A DNA stretch of 64,000 bases from NCBI GenBank assembly GCA_963804505.1, contig CAWDQP010000007.1, forward strand, positions 18,788-82,787, read 5' to 3'. The notes under the pieces are model-generated. The model ran no database searches and was not told the DNA's origin. It worked only from the letters and a program-made list of their open reading frames with translations. The translations under genes and the position numbers were made by a program. Position 1 is the stretch's first letter; each line of letters begins with the position of its first letter. This DNA is from an uncultured Thermoplasmata archaeon (GTDB lineage Archaea > Thermoplasmatota > Thermoplasmata > Lutacidiplasmatales > UBA184). Of the stretch, positions 54,764 through 64,000 are shown one piece after another.

Positions 54764-55770
54764 GATGTCGTTCGCGGGCCGGGCGGTGAACCGCTAGGGG
54801 GCACGCCCAATGGGGGCGGCGTCGGGCCCCCCCTTGGGACAGGCGGCGTTGGCTGCGGTTGCCCGGCAGATGGCATCTGCATAAGTTGAACGGCCATGTT
54901 CGCCGAGGTTTCGGAAGTCTCGAACAGCTTCGCGATGGCAGGATTCGACATGAATGCAGGAATCGTCCTGAGGTAGTACTCCCAGACGAGTGACCACCGT
55001 TCATCGTCGTGGGGCCAGAAGTCCACGTTGAGTTTCAACGCTGTCGTTGCATCCTCTCTATTGATTACGCTGCCGTGAAGCCCGTACCGACCGCCCGCGA
55101 CGAGTTGACTAACCGTGTTCGCAACGTCAGCAGGGGGACGGCCGTTCATCGCTCCAACGGGCAACCAACGCCGAGCAAAATCCTCGGAAAACTGAATCAG
55201 GTCGACGCACATTCCAATCATCTGTGGGGATAGCTGCTGTAGGACAGGGAAGTAGATCTGAATCGAAGAAGGATCAGCCCTCACCTTCTCGCGGATGATG
55301 TTGATCGCGTTGAGGTAGGCTCGCGCCGGAATCAACTGAGGCTGTCCAGCGGGGCCGACGGATTGAATCTGAGGGTCGATGGGCCCCAGTTCTGAGGCTT
55401 CCCCCATTACGATTCTGTCCGCTCCAAGTGACAGCATCGTTGCAGCACTCTTCGCGGATTGCGGCACGATGACTGAAAATCCCTCAGGGAACGCAGTCCG
55501 GCAGATTTGGATAATCTTCTCAGCGGTGTGGCCGTCGCCACCAGGGCTTTGGACCATCAGATAGACCTTCTTGCCGCGCTTCCTTGCCACATTGAGCATG
55601 TCTAGGACGAGCGGAACGTCCTGCGGAATCAACGACGACAACGGGTGAAGTGGGCTCGCGATGTATGTGGCGACTGGGGCGCCGAGTTTTTCTTCGAGTT
55701 TTTTCAGGATTGCCTGTCGCTTCTTGGCCCACCCCGGCGGTTTTGTTTCCTCAATAATGCTGTTGAACAT
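54760..55770 (-). CDS. SDH-family ClpP-fold serine protease (transposon cargo)
   Basis: QSPGGD...EKI, IVPQSAKSAATMLSLGADRI.MG..SELGPIDPQ, LHG. Pro-rich tail. Confidence 0.85.
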   Translation of the reverse strand: MFNSIIEETKPPGWAKKRQAILKKLEEKLGAPVATYIASPLHPLSSLIPQDVPLVLDMLNVARKRGKKVYLMVQSPGGDGHTAEKIIQICRTAFPEGFSVIVPQSAKSAATMLSLGADRIVMGEASELGPIDPQIQSVGPAGQPQLIPARAYLNAINIIREKVRADPSSIQIYFPVLQQLSPQMIGMCVDLIQFSEDFARRWLPVGAMNGRPPADVANTVSQLVAGGRYGLHGSVINREDATTALKLNVDFWPHDDERWSLVWEYYLRTIPAFMSNPAIAKLFETSETSANMAVQLMQMPSAGQPQPTPPVPRGGPTPPPLGVPPSGSPPGPRTTS

Positions 55771-55821
55771 ACGGCGACTCCCTGCCGCGATGTAAGAAAG
55801 GTCTCACTTAGATGAGTCGGG

Positions 55822-55977
55822 CTAGTTTGTTTCGTAGGTAATCGAGACACCAATAATGGCAGGGGCCGGCTGGGGTGGAATGATTCTCAGTAACTCAGCC
55901 AAATCAGTATTCTCACTGATTGCACGACGGAGCATCTCATCCACGATGCGGGCGAGCTCCTCGGCGCTTTCCGCCAC
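55822..55977 (-). CDS. Small (51-aa) hypothetical protein upstream of the protease
   Basis: GTG start, then helical AESAEELARIVDEMLRRAISEN and a PPQPAP..TYETN tail. Co-oriented, 52 bp upstream of the protease. Confidence 0.45.
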   Translation of the reverse strand: MAESAEELARIVDEMLRRAISENTDLAELLRIIPPQPAPAIIGVSITYETN

Positions 55978-56294
55978 AGGTGAGCCTTGAGGGCAAGCGC
56001 TAACGAAAAGGCTTGCGCCCTGACTTTCCTTATCCCTTGCTGCCTGCAAGAAGAGGGTAGGGCGAACGCCCCTTACTCGGGTCTGAGATTGAAACCGGAT
56101 TGGCGAGGCTGAAAACAGATGACCGAGTAAAGGTCGATCCCATCTTACCGTCGGTAGAACCGAGACCGGACTTATCTGAAACAGAACTCGACCGCGTGAA
56201 ACTAAACCCGCCCGGCCGAGGATGTTAAGTTTCAAAGCCGAGACGACCCAAGCCGTGATATAGCGGGTGCCCGTGGCACGCCGCCTTCCTCCTA

Positions 56295-57442
56295 ATGCCC
56301 GATTTCTCCCTCTCGCCCGAGCACGAGAGCCTCCGGGACATGGCCCGGAAATTTGCCCGGACGGAGATGGTCCCGCACGCGGCGGAATGCGACCGGACGG
56401 CCCGTTTTCCGGAAGAGATCTATCGCAAGGCCCACGCCCTGGGCCTAATGAACCTCAACGTACCGGCGGAGTGGGGCGGTAGCGGGCTCTCGCTGTTCGA
56501 GCAATGCCTGATCGTCGAGGAACTTGCCTACGCCTGCGGCGGCATGACGACCTCGATCATCGCCAACTGCCTCGCGCTCGAGCCGATCCTGCTCGGGGCC
56601 ACGCCCGAGCAAAAGAAGCGTTTCCTACCTTCGTTCTGCGCGGACTATCACCTGGCGTCGTTCTGCCTGACCGAACCCGGAGGGGGAGCGACGCGGGCGC
56701 GATCCGCACCCGCGCCCGGAAGGACGGGGACGAGTACATCCTGGACGGCGAGAAGTGCTTCATCACCAACGCCCCCCACGCGTCGCTCTACACCGTGTTC
56801 GCGACGCTCGACCCGCAGCAACGCCACCGGGGGATCAGCGCGTTCGTGGTGCCGCGCTCGGCGAAGGGCCTATCCCCGGGCAAGGACGAGGAGAAGATGG
56901 GCCATCGCGCCTCGTCGACCAGCACGGTTCGCTTCGAGGGCGTGCGTGTTCCAGCCGCCGACCGATTGGGCGAGGAGGGGGAGGGGTTCTCGCTCGCGAT
57001 GCGGACCCTCGACATGACCCGCACCCCGATCGGTGCTTTGGCCACGGGCATCGCCCAGGCGGCGCTCGACCACGCGGCGCGCTACGCCCTGAAGCGCGAG
57101 ACCTTCGGCAAGCCGATCGCCGAGCATCAAGCGATCCAGATCAAGCTCGCCAACATGGCCCAGGCGGTACACGCGGCGCGCCTCCTGAGCTGGCACGCCG
57201 CCTGGACCATCGACGGCGGCCAGAAGGGGACGCTCGAATCGTCCATCGCGAAGTGCTTCGCTTCGGACGCGGCGCTCCACGTGGCCGACGAGGCGATCCA
57301 GACCTTCGGCGGGTACGGCTACATGAAGGAGTACCCGGTCGAGAAGCTCCTGCGGGATGCGAAGCTCACCCAGATCTACGAAGGGGCGAACGAGATCCAG
57401 CGCACCGTGATCGCCCGCGAGCTGCTCCGTGGCTACTCCTAG
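56295..57442 (+). CDS. Acyl-CoA dehydrogenase (frameshift ~56685)
   Basis: [40 protein letters not shown]. Confidence 0.95.
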
Positions 57443-57454
57443 AGGCGCACGATC

Positions 57455-58237
57455 GTGGAGATCGTCGTCTGCCTGAAGCCGGTCCCGGACGCCGAGACCC
57501 GGTTGAGGCCGCGCGCCGACGGCTCCCGGCTCGACCCGGAGGGCGTGAAGTTCGTCCTGGCCGGATACGACGAGTCGGCGGTCGAGCAGGCCCTCCTCCT
57601 GAAGGAGGCGAACGCCGGCTCCAAGGTCCACGCGGTCTCGTTCGGTCCGGCGCGATGGACGGAGGAGGTCCTGCGCGCCGCGATCGCGCTCGGATGCGAC
57701 ACCGCGACGGCGGTGGAGAGCGCCGGGGAGGACACCGGGGACCCTCTCGCCGCGGCGGAGGGACTGGGCGCCGCGGTGGCAGGAATGCCGCACGACCTCG
57801 TCCTTCTCGGCAAGCAAGCGGGCGATGACGAGGAGGGCCTCGTGCCGGGCGCGCTGGCCGAGCTGCTGGGGATGCCGCATTTCGGGTACGTGGTCGACCT
57901 TCGCTGGGACGCGGCGGCTCAGCGGCTTCGATTCGGGCGATCGACCGAGGTCGGCCAGGAGACCTGGGAGGCCCCGCTTCCGTGCGTCCTGGGGCTCCAG
58001 CAGGCGTGGAACGATCCCCGGACGGCCAAGTTGCCGGCGATCCTCAAGTCCCGTCGGGCACCCGTCGCCAAGCTGAGCCCGCCGACCGGGCCGGCCGACC
58101 GCGCTACGAACGTCCCGGAACGGTTCGCCCTGCCTCCTCCTCGGACCGGCGCGAAGATGATCGAGTATCGAACCCCCGAGGAGGCCGCGCAGAAGCTCGT
58201 TCGGATCCTCAAGGAAGAGGCGAAGGTGTTCCCGTGA
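57455..58237 (+). CDS. etfB: Electron transfer flavoprotein beta subunit
   Basis: IVVCLKPVPD, YDESAVEQAL, GKQAGDD, PRTAKL. Confidence 0.92.
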   Translation: MEIVVCLKPVPDAETRLRPRADGSRLDPEGVKFVLAGYDESAVEQALLLKEANAGSKVHAVSFGPARWTEEVLRAAIALGCDTATAVESAGEDTGDPLAAAEGLGAAVAGMPHDLVLLGKQAGDDEEGLVPGALAELLGMPHFGYVVDLRWDAAAQRLRFGRSTEVGQETWEAPLPCVLGLQQAWNDPRTAKLPAILKSRRAPVAKLSPPTGPADRATNVPERFALPPPRTGAKMIEYRTPEEAAQKLVRILKEEAKVFP

Positions 58238-59220
58238 CCCCGAACGTCCTCGTCGTGGGAGAGGTCGAGTCGGGCCGGCTGTCCCTCACGACGACCGAAA
58301 CGCTCGGCGCAGCGCGGTCGTTGGCGGGGCACGACGGGAAGGTCGTTGGGTTCGTGGGCGGCGCGGGAGCCGCCTCGGCCGCGTCCGAGTTCGGCAAGTA
58401 CGGCGTCGAGCGGGCGTTCACGATCAACGACCCGCGGCTGGACGCTGCTCCCCCTGCGGCCCAGACCGGATACATCGCCGCGGCGGCCTCGGCCGTCGGA
58501 GCGAGCCTCGTCCTTCTCGGCGGGTCGACCTACGGTCGGGATCTCACCGGCCGGATCGCGGTGGCCTGGAAGGCGGCGGCCGCGAACGGCGTCACGGAGA
58601 TCGCGTGGACCGGGGAGGCGCTGCGCGTCCAGCGCCCCGTGTTCGGCGGGCGGGCGACGGAGGCGCGCCTCCTTCGAGGGGGCCGCGCCGTCGTCTCGCT
58701 TCGACCGCACGCCTTCCCTGTGGCGGCCGTCGCGGGTGCGACGTGCGCGGTCGAGTCGCTGCCGGCGGCGACCGTCCCGCCAGCCCTGCTGGCGCCACGG
58801 CGAACTGGGATCGAGGCCACGCCGAAGGGAGCGGGCCCGGCCCTGTCGGACGCCTCCATCGTCGTATCAGGAGGACGCGGGGTCCGTACCCCGGAGAACT
58901 TCCGGCTGGTCGAGGAACTGGCAGCGTCGCTCGGCGCGGCGGTCGGCGCTTCCCGCGCGGTCACGGACGCCGGATGGCGGCCCTCTTCGTTCCAGGTAGG
59001 ACAGACGGGCCGCTCCGTGTCCCCTCAGCTGTACCTCGCGGTGGGCATCTCGGGCGCGATCCAACATCTGGTCGGCATGATGAGCTCCCGCGTGATCGTG
59101 GCGATCAACAACGACGCCTCGGCGTCGATCTTCCGGGTGGCCGACTACGGGATCGTGGGCGACCTGTTCGCGATCGTCCCGGCGCTCACCGCCGAGATCC
59201 GCCGCGTCCGGGGGATCTAA
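58234..59220 (+). CDS. etfA: Electron transfer flavoprotein alpha subunit
   Basis: [31 protein letters not shown]. Confidence 0.95.
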   Translation: MTPNVLVVGEVESGRLSLTTTETLGAARSLAGHDGKVVGFVGGAGAASAASEFGKYGVERAFTINDPRLDAAPPAAQTGYIAAAASAVGASLVLLGGSTYGRDLTGRIAVAWKAAAANGVTEIAWTGEALRVQRPVFGGRATEARLLRGGRAVVSLRPHAFPVAAVAGATCAVESLPAATVPPALLAPRRTGIEATPKGAGPALSDASIVVSGGRGVRTPENFRLVEELAASLGAAVGASRAVTDAGWRPSSFQVGQTGRSVSPQLYLAVGISGAIQHLVGMMSSRVIVAINNDASASIFRVADYGIVGDLFAIVPALTAEIRRVRGI

Positions 59221-59234
59221 CCCACCCCGGGCCG

Positions 59235-60536
59235 TCAGAGGTCGCGGGCCACCGAGATCGCGTCCTTCACGAGCGCGGGCGTCGAGAGCCCGGCGGCGCG
59301 CTGCGCGGAGCGCAGGAGCTGGCGGAGTCGGCGCTTGGGTGCGCTCGTCTCCGACATCATCGCGTGGAATAGCTCGGTCGCGAACTTGGGGTAGGCCGTG
59401 TAGATCCGCGGGTTCCACTTCACCCGGTCCATCCCCGCGAAATCCCGAAAGTCGCCCAGGATCCCCGTGGACTCCAGCCGCCGGTCGTACTCCGCGAGGC
59501 GGGCGGCCGAGGCGTCCCCTCCGGCCTTCGCCGCGAGCGCGGTCTCCGCGGCTTCGAGGCCGCTGCGGACGGCGTAGTTCATGCCCTGGATCACGATCCC
59601 GTTCGAGAACACGAATCCGGCCGCATCGCCGGCGACCATCCACCCGTGCCCGTGGAACGCCGCGGGACGGCTGGCCCATCCCGAGCAGATCATCTTCGCC
59701 CCGTACTCGACCATCTCCGCGCCGCGGAGCCGCCGTTGGATCGTGGGATGCTGCTTGAACCGCTCGATGAGGTCGTGCGCGTACACGCCCTTTCCGAACA
59801 GCGAACCGATGTTCACGATGAGCCCGAGCGAGAGCGTGTCGCGGTTCGTGTAAAGGAACCCGCCGGCCATGACGCCGGGCGGAAAGATCCCTGTCACCCA
59901 CTCTTCCGCGTGGCCCTCGCCCGGCTCGAGGTTGAACCGATCCTCGATCGCGGCCGGGTCCAAACGGTACACCTCCTTCAGCCCCAGCTCGGTCGCCTCT
60001 CCGGAAAGGCGGGCGGCGGGCCGTATCGGGGTGCCGAGCGTGACCCGCGAGTTCGTGCCGTCCGCCACGATCGTGACCGGGGCGGTCATGTTCTCGCCGC
60101 CCTGGACGACCCCCTTCACGCGGGTGCCCTCCCACAGCAGGGAGTCGACGGGGACGGCCGAGACCACGGTCGCCCCCGCCGCCTCGGCCTGCTTCGCGAG
60201 CCACACGTCGGTGCGGCTCCGCAGGACCGAGTGGGCCACGTACGGCTCACGTCGCCATGCGCTGCCCTCGTAATCGAACGCGACGGAGTCCTCGGCCGTG
60301 AGGAAACCGAACCGCTTGCGCACGACGTGGCGCTCGACGGGCATCTCACGGGCCCAGTTCGGGAGGATCCGGTCGAGGTCGCGCCCCCAGAGAACCCCGC
60401 CCGAGAGGTTCTTCGTGCCGGGTTCGGCTCCGCGCTCGAGCAGGAGGACGCTCGCGCCGCCCTGGGCCAGTCGGATCGCCGCCGAGCATCCGGCCATGCC
60501 GGCCCCGACGACGATCGCGTCGAACTCGTCCGCCAT
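59235..60536 (-). CDS. fixC: FixC-family FAD oxidoreductase (ETF:quinone oxidoreductase-like)
   Basis: IVVGAGMAG, ERG..PGTKNLSGG, GGFLYTN, GDAAGF, QGMNYA. Confidence 0.85.
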   Translation of the reverse strand: MADEFDAIVVGAGMAGCSAAIRLAQGGASVLLLERGAEPGTKNLSGGVLWGRDLDRILPNWAREMPVERHVVRKRFGFLTAEDSVAFDYEGSAWRREPYVAHSVLRSRTDVWLAKQAEAAGATVVSAVPVDSLLWEGTRVKGVVQGGENMTAPVTIVADGTNSRVTLGTPIRPAARLSGEATELGLKEVYRLDPAAIEDRFNLEPGEGHAEEWVTGIFPPGVMAGGFLYTNRDTLSLGLIVNIGSLFGKGVYAHDLIERFKQHPTIQRRLRGAEMVEYGAKMICSGWASRPAAFHGHGWMVAGDAAGFVFSNGIVIQGMNYAVRSGLEAAETALAAKAGGDASAARLAEYDRRLESTGILGDFRDFAGMDRVKWNPRIYTAYPKFATELFHAMMSETSAPKRRLRQLLRSAQRAAGLSTPALVKDAISVARDL

Positions 60537-60626
60537 GGTCGCGCCGGCGGACGGCGGAAGGCCGATTTAACAACGCGTTGCCCGCGGACCCACGTCGCGC
60601 CGGCGGGTCGTTCCCCCGCGCGGTCC

Positions 60627-61241
60627 TCAGCGCGTCGTGCGGCCCGACGAATCGATCACTTCGGTGGCGTTCTCGAGCCGCTTCTGGAACTCGAACGGCC
60701 GGGGGATGCCTTCCCAGTCCTCGTTGCCGACCTTCGAGCCGCCCTCCGAGCTCACCCGTAGGGTCCCGTAGTGCAACAGGCGCTGGCCGAACGACTGGTG
60801 GACGTCCACACCCCGGACCTGCGTGACGGGGATCTCGTCGAAGTTGCGCCCGAGGATCCCCTTCTGGATGATCACGCGGTGGGAAGTGACGGCATACACC
60901 GTGCTGATCCAGCGAAGATACCGCACGAGCAGCCAGAGAAGCCCGACGAGCAGCACGACCGTGAAGACGGCGGCAACCCCGTAGAGGATGGTGTTCCGGG
61001 ATACGTGAACCCAGCCCGCGAGGGTGCCGAACGCGTGCGCGTAGGTGGTTGTGAACGCCCAGCCCATCCGCGCGCCCCACGAGAGGTAGGTGAGCGCGGC
61101 GAAAACGAGGACGAACAGGGCCGGCCCCGGAAAGTAGTACCACTTCGTCCCGCGCGTTTCCTCCAGAAGGGTCTCCTGGTCCCCCAAGTAGGTGGCCTTG
61201 AGGTGCTTCGGCATCGCCTTCGGGGATTGCGGGACGGACAT
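60627..61241 (-). CDS. Membrane protein with a bacterial PH domain
   Basis: Two TM helices, then YAVTSHRVIIQKGILGR..QRLLHYGTL. Confidence 0.8.
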   Translation of the reverse strand: MSVPQSPKAMPKHLKATYLGDQETLLEETRGTKWYYFPGPALFVLVFAALTYLSWGARMGWAFTTTYAHAFGTLAGWVHVSRNTILYGVAAVFTVVLLVGLLWLLVRYLRWISTVYAVTSHRVIIQKGILGRNFDEIPVTQVRGVDVHQSFGQRLLHYGTLRVSSEGGSKVGNEDWEGIPRPFEFQKRLENATEVIDSSGRTTR

Positions 61242-61333
61242 CGGCGGGCGACCGCCTGCCCGAGAGATAAATGCTCGCAGGGACGCGTCCACCGTGTTCG
61301 CCCCTTATATCGCGGTCCGGTTGCCGTGCGGCG

Positions 61334-62186
61334 ATGGGAGTCACGGATTGCCATGTCCACATCAATCCGCTCTGGGAGATGCGTCCCGACGCGCTCGCCC
61401 TCGTGGGGCATCTGGACCCGGAAGCGGCCCGGATGGTCAAGGAGCCGCGACGGTTCCTCGACTACCTCGACCGTTCCGGCGTGGAACGTGCGGTCCTCGT
61501 GAACTACGTGGCGACCGAGGTGATCGGCTACACCGAGGCCGCGAACACGTTCGTCAGCGAGTACGCGAAGGAGGACCCGGACCGGCTGATCGCGGCCGGA
61601 GGCATCCGGCCGGACCATCCCGACCCGGCGACCGAGATCCACCGGCTGGTGCACGAGCTCGGGATCCGGGCGATCAAGCTCCACCCCGCGCACCAGCTGT
61701 TCGCCCCGAACGCGTACGTCGACGGGACGCTGCCGAGGCTCCGGGGGATCTACGGGGCGTGCGAGAAGGAGCGAGTGCCCGTGATCATGCACACCGGCAC
61801 GTCGATCTTTCCACGGGCGCGGAACCGGTTCGCCGACCCTCTTCTGGTCGAGGACGTCGCGGTGGACTTCCCGGACCTCACGATCGTGCTGGCCCACGGG
61901 GGCCGACCCCTCTGGACCTCCACCGCGATGTTCCTGACCCGGCGCTTCGCGAACGTGTGGATGGAGGTCTCGGGCGTGCCGCCCCACCGTCTCCTGGAGT
62001 ACTTCCCGAACCTGGAGCGGATCGCCGGCGAAGGTGCTGTTCGGCACCGATTGGCCGGGCCCCGGTGTGAAGGAGATCGGTGGGAACCTGGAGGCGTTCC
62101 GGGCGCTGCCGATCCCGAAGGACGACCAGCGTCGGATCCTCGAAGAGAACCCGCTCCGGGTGTTCCCTCGCCGGGGGCCCAACTGA
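61334..62186 (+). CDS. Amidohydrolase family protein (frameshift ~62030)
   Basis: DCHVH, IKLHP, MHTG, LAHGG, LFGTDWP in the shifted frame. Confidence 0.88.
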
Positions 62187-62232
62187 AATACTGTCCTCGG
62201 CTCGTACGGCCGTGCCCGAACCGCCCGAGCCC

Positions 62233-62637
62233 ATGGCCGATGCGCCGGCCGCTCCGGTCGCCGAGGAGGGCGCTCCGGTCGTTGAGCTCGTGGAAGGCGG
62301 CGAGGACGTCGGACGGCTCCCGTTGCCGCGGCGACCTCGGGGGGAAGTGTTCGGGATCGCGAACCAACTCCTGGGCGCGGCGCGCATCCGCGTGATGTGC
62401 GAGGACAACGTCTCCCGGATGGGCCGGATCACGGGGAAGATGAAGAAGAAAATGTGGATCCGGGCGGGCGATCTCCTGATCGTTCGGCCGTGGGGATTCC
62501 AGGAAGGCAAGGCGGACATCCTGTTCCGCTACAGCCGCACGCAGGCCCAGTACCTCGCGCGCCGCAACCTGCTTCCGTCCTCGATGAACCTGTTCTCCGT
62601 GATCGACACGCCGTCCGAAGGGACTCCGCCCACGTAG
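62233..62637 (+). CDS. eif1a: Translation initiation factor aIF-1A
   Basis: LLGAARIRVMCEDNVSRMGRITGKMKKKMWIRAGDL.IVRPWGFQEGKADI. An alternative GTG start lies at 62212. Confidence 0.93.
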   Translation: MADAPAAPVAEEGAPVVELVEGGEDVGRLPLPRRPRGEVFGIANQLLGAARIRVMCEDNVSRMGRITGKMKKKMWIRAGDLLIVRPWGFQEGKADILFRYSRTQAQYLARRNLLPSSMNLFSVIDTPSEGTPPT

Positions 62638-62645
62638 CGGCGCCG

Positions 62646-64000
62646 ATGTGGGCCGCCTCCCCCCGACCGCTCTCCTCGGAGGAGATGGCGGTCGTCGAGC
62701 AGAACGCCGTGGCGCTCGGGGTTTCGCTCGACAATCTGATGGAGAACGCAGGCCGGGCCGTGGCCGAAGAGGCCGCGCGACGACTGCCCCCCGCCCCCGG
62801 CCCGGGTCGCGGTCGTGGCCTCCACGGGCAACAACGGCGGCGACGGAACGTGCGCCGCCCACTACCTGCACCAGTGGGGGTTCTCGCCGGAAGTCTGGCT
62901 CATCCGCCCCGCCGCCGAGATCCGCTCGCGCGCGGCGCGGCGGTGCTACGAACGGATCGAGCGGACGGTCACCGTCCACCCCCGCGTACCGAAGCCCGAG
63001 GAGCTGGCGACGATGCCCCTCGTCCTGGACGCCCTGCTCGGGACCGGACAATCGCCGCCGCTGAGGTCGCCGATCCTGGAGGCGGTCGAAGCGATCCGGC
63101 GCAGCGGCGCCCCGGTCCTTTCCATCGACCTGCCGACGGGCGCGCTCGACCCGAAAGGTCTGCGGCCGGCGTCCACGGTCGCCCTCACCGTCGTGAAGCA
63201 GGAGATGAACCTCGAGACCGCAGGCGAGATCGTCGTGCGCGACATCGGGATACCACCCGACGCGTGGCGACGCACGGGACCGGGGGAGTTCGCGTTCTTC
63301 CCGGTCCCGCCCGCGCACGCCGGTCGGGGTCGTTCCGCCCGCTTGGTCGTGATCGGCGGCGGCCCCTACTCCGGCGCCCCCGCGCTCGCCGCCCTGGCCG
63401 CCCTGCGGTCCGGCGTTGAGCGCGCTACCGTCCTCGCCCCCGGCGGGGCCGCCGAGAGGGTCCAGGGATTCTCGCCGAACGCTCGTCGTGCACGCGTTCG
63501 GAGCCGACAAGTTCCGGCCCACGGACGTGCCGGAGATCCTTGATTTCGTCCGCGGGGCAAAACCCGGCGCCGTGGCGGTAGGAATGGGCGCCGGGGCCGA
63601 CCCCGAGACGCTGGAGGCGCTCGGAGAGGTCCAGCGCGCCCTCGTCGGCACCGTCCCGATGCTGGTCGACGCCGACGGCCTCGCGGCGCTTCCGACACCC
63701 GCGGAGATCCAGTCGAAACCCGGCATGCCGGTCGTCGCGACCCCCAACGCGGGCGAATTCGCGCGGCTGTTCGCGGACACCGCCGCTCCGAACCCGGCCA
63801 ACCGCCATTCGACCGTGGACCGGCTGGCGCGGGAACGGCACCTTTTCCTGGTCGCGAAGGGAGACCCGGACGTACTCTCGGACGGCGAGACGACGGTGGA
63901 GAATCGCCATCACCATCCCGCGATGACGGTCGCGGGCGTCGGGGACGTGCTCTCGGGCGTGCTCTCCGGGCTCCTCGCCCAGGGACTCCCGCCGCTCGCG
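62646..64000 (+). CDS. nnr: Bifunctional NAD(P)HX epimerase/dehydratase (frameshifted; runs off the window end)
   Basis: LMENAGRAVA, GNNGGDG, DALLGTG, IGGGPYSGAP, VDADGL, TPNAGEF, GVGDVLSG. Confidence 0.92.

Larger units (their letters stand above)
52050..56239. mobile_element. 4190-bp cargo-carrying DDE transposon
   Basis: Perfect 16-bp TIR GGCTTTGAAACTTAAC (52050-52065 and 56224-56239). 9-bp TSD GAGACGACC (52041-52049 and 56240-56248). Visibly lower GC than the flanks, with an internal transposase. Confidence 0.92.

Noticed and set aside
1-64000. Numerous frameshifts as pseudogenes or programmed frameshifting
   Set aside because: They hit housekeeping genes (acnA, pyrF, pdxS, RPA) with otherwise intact motifs, so long-read indel errors are the simplest explanation.

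Overview
High-GC archaeal chromosomal window, most consistent with Thermoplasmata (inference from the thermopsin, aIF-1A, RPA/RPAP and a TPP riboswitch). Many otherwise intact genes carry single-base indels, which I read as long-read consensus errors. Left to right: (1) an anaerobic benzoyl-CoA reduction/ring-cleavage cluster (oah-bcrB-bcrA-bcrD-bcrC-dch-had); (2) three large surface glycoproteins sharing a C-terminal module; (3) a wHTH regulator, a degenerate CPBP(Abi)::SipW-type signal peptidase fusion, a DUF5305-like gene and three TasA/camelysin-like secreted subunits, a putative archaeal donor-strand filament or biofilm operon; (4) an IS630 carrying a passenger gene behind a duplicated end; (5) a giant thermopsin, aconitase, a TPP-riboswitch thiamine ABC transporter, pdxS, GT4, pyrF, RPA/RPAP, FKBP and larB; (6) a 4190-bp lower-GC transposon with 16-bp TIRs and a 9-bp TSD, encoding a SWIM-DDE transposase, an AbrB-like protein, a Clp-fold protease with a small ORF, and a membrane gene bracketed by two identical 81-bp palindromic repeats; (7) acyl-CoA dehydrogenase, etfBA, fixC, aIF-1A and nnr. 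No rRNA, tRNA or CRISPR array was seen. All family calls come from motif recognition by eye, with no database searches.
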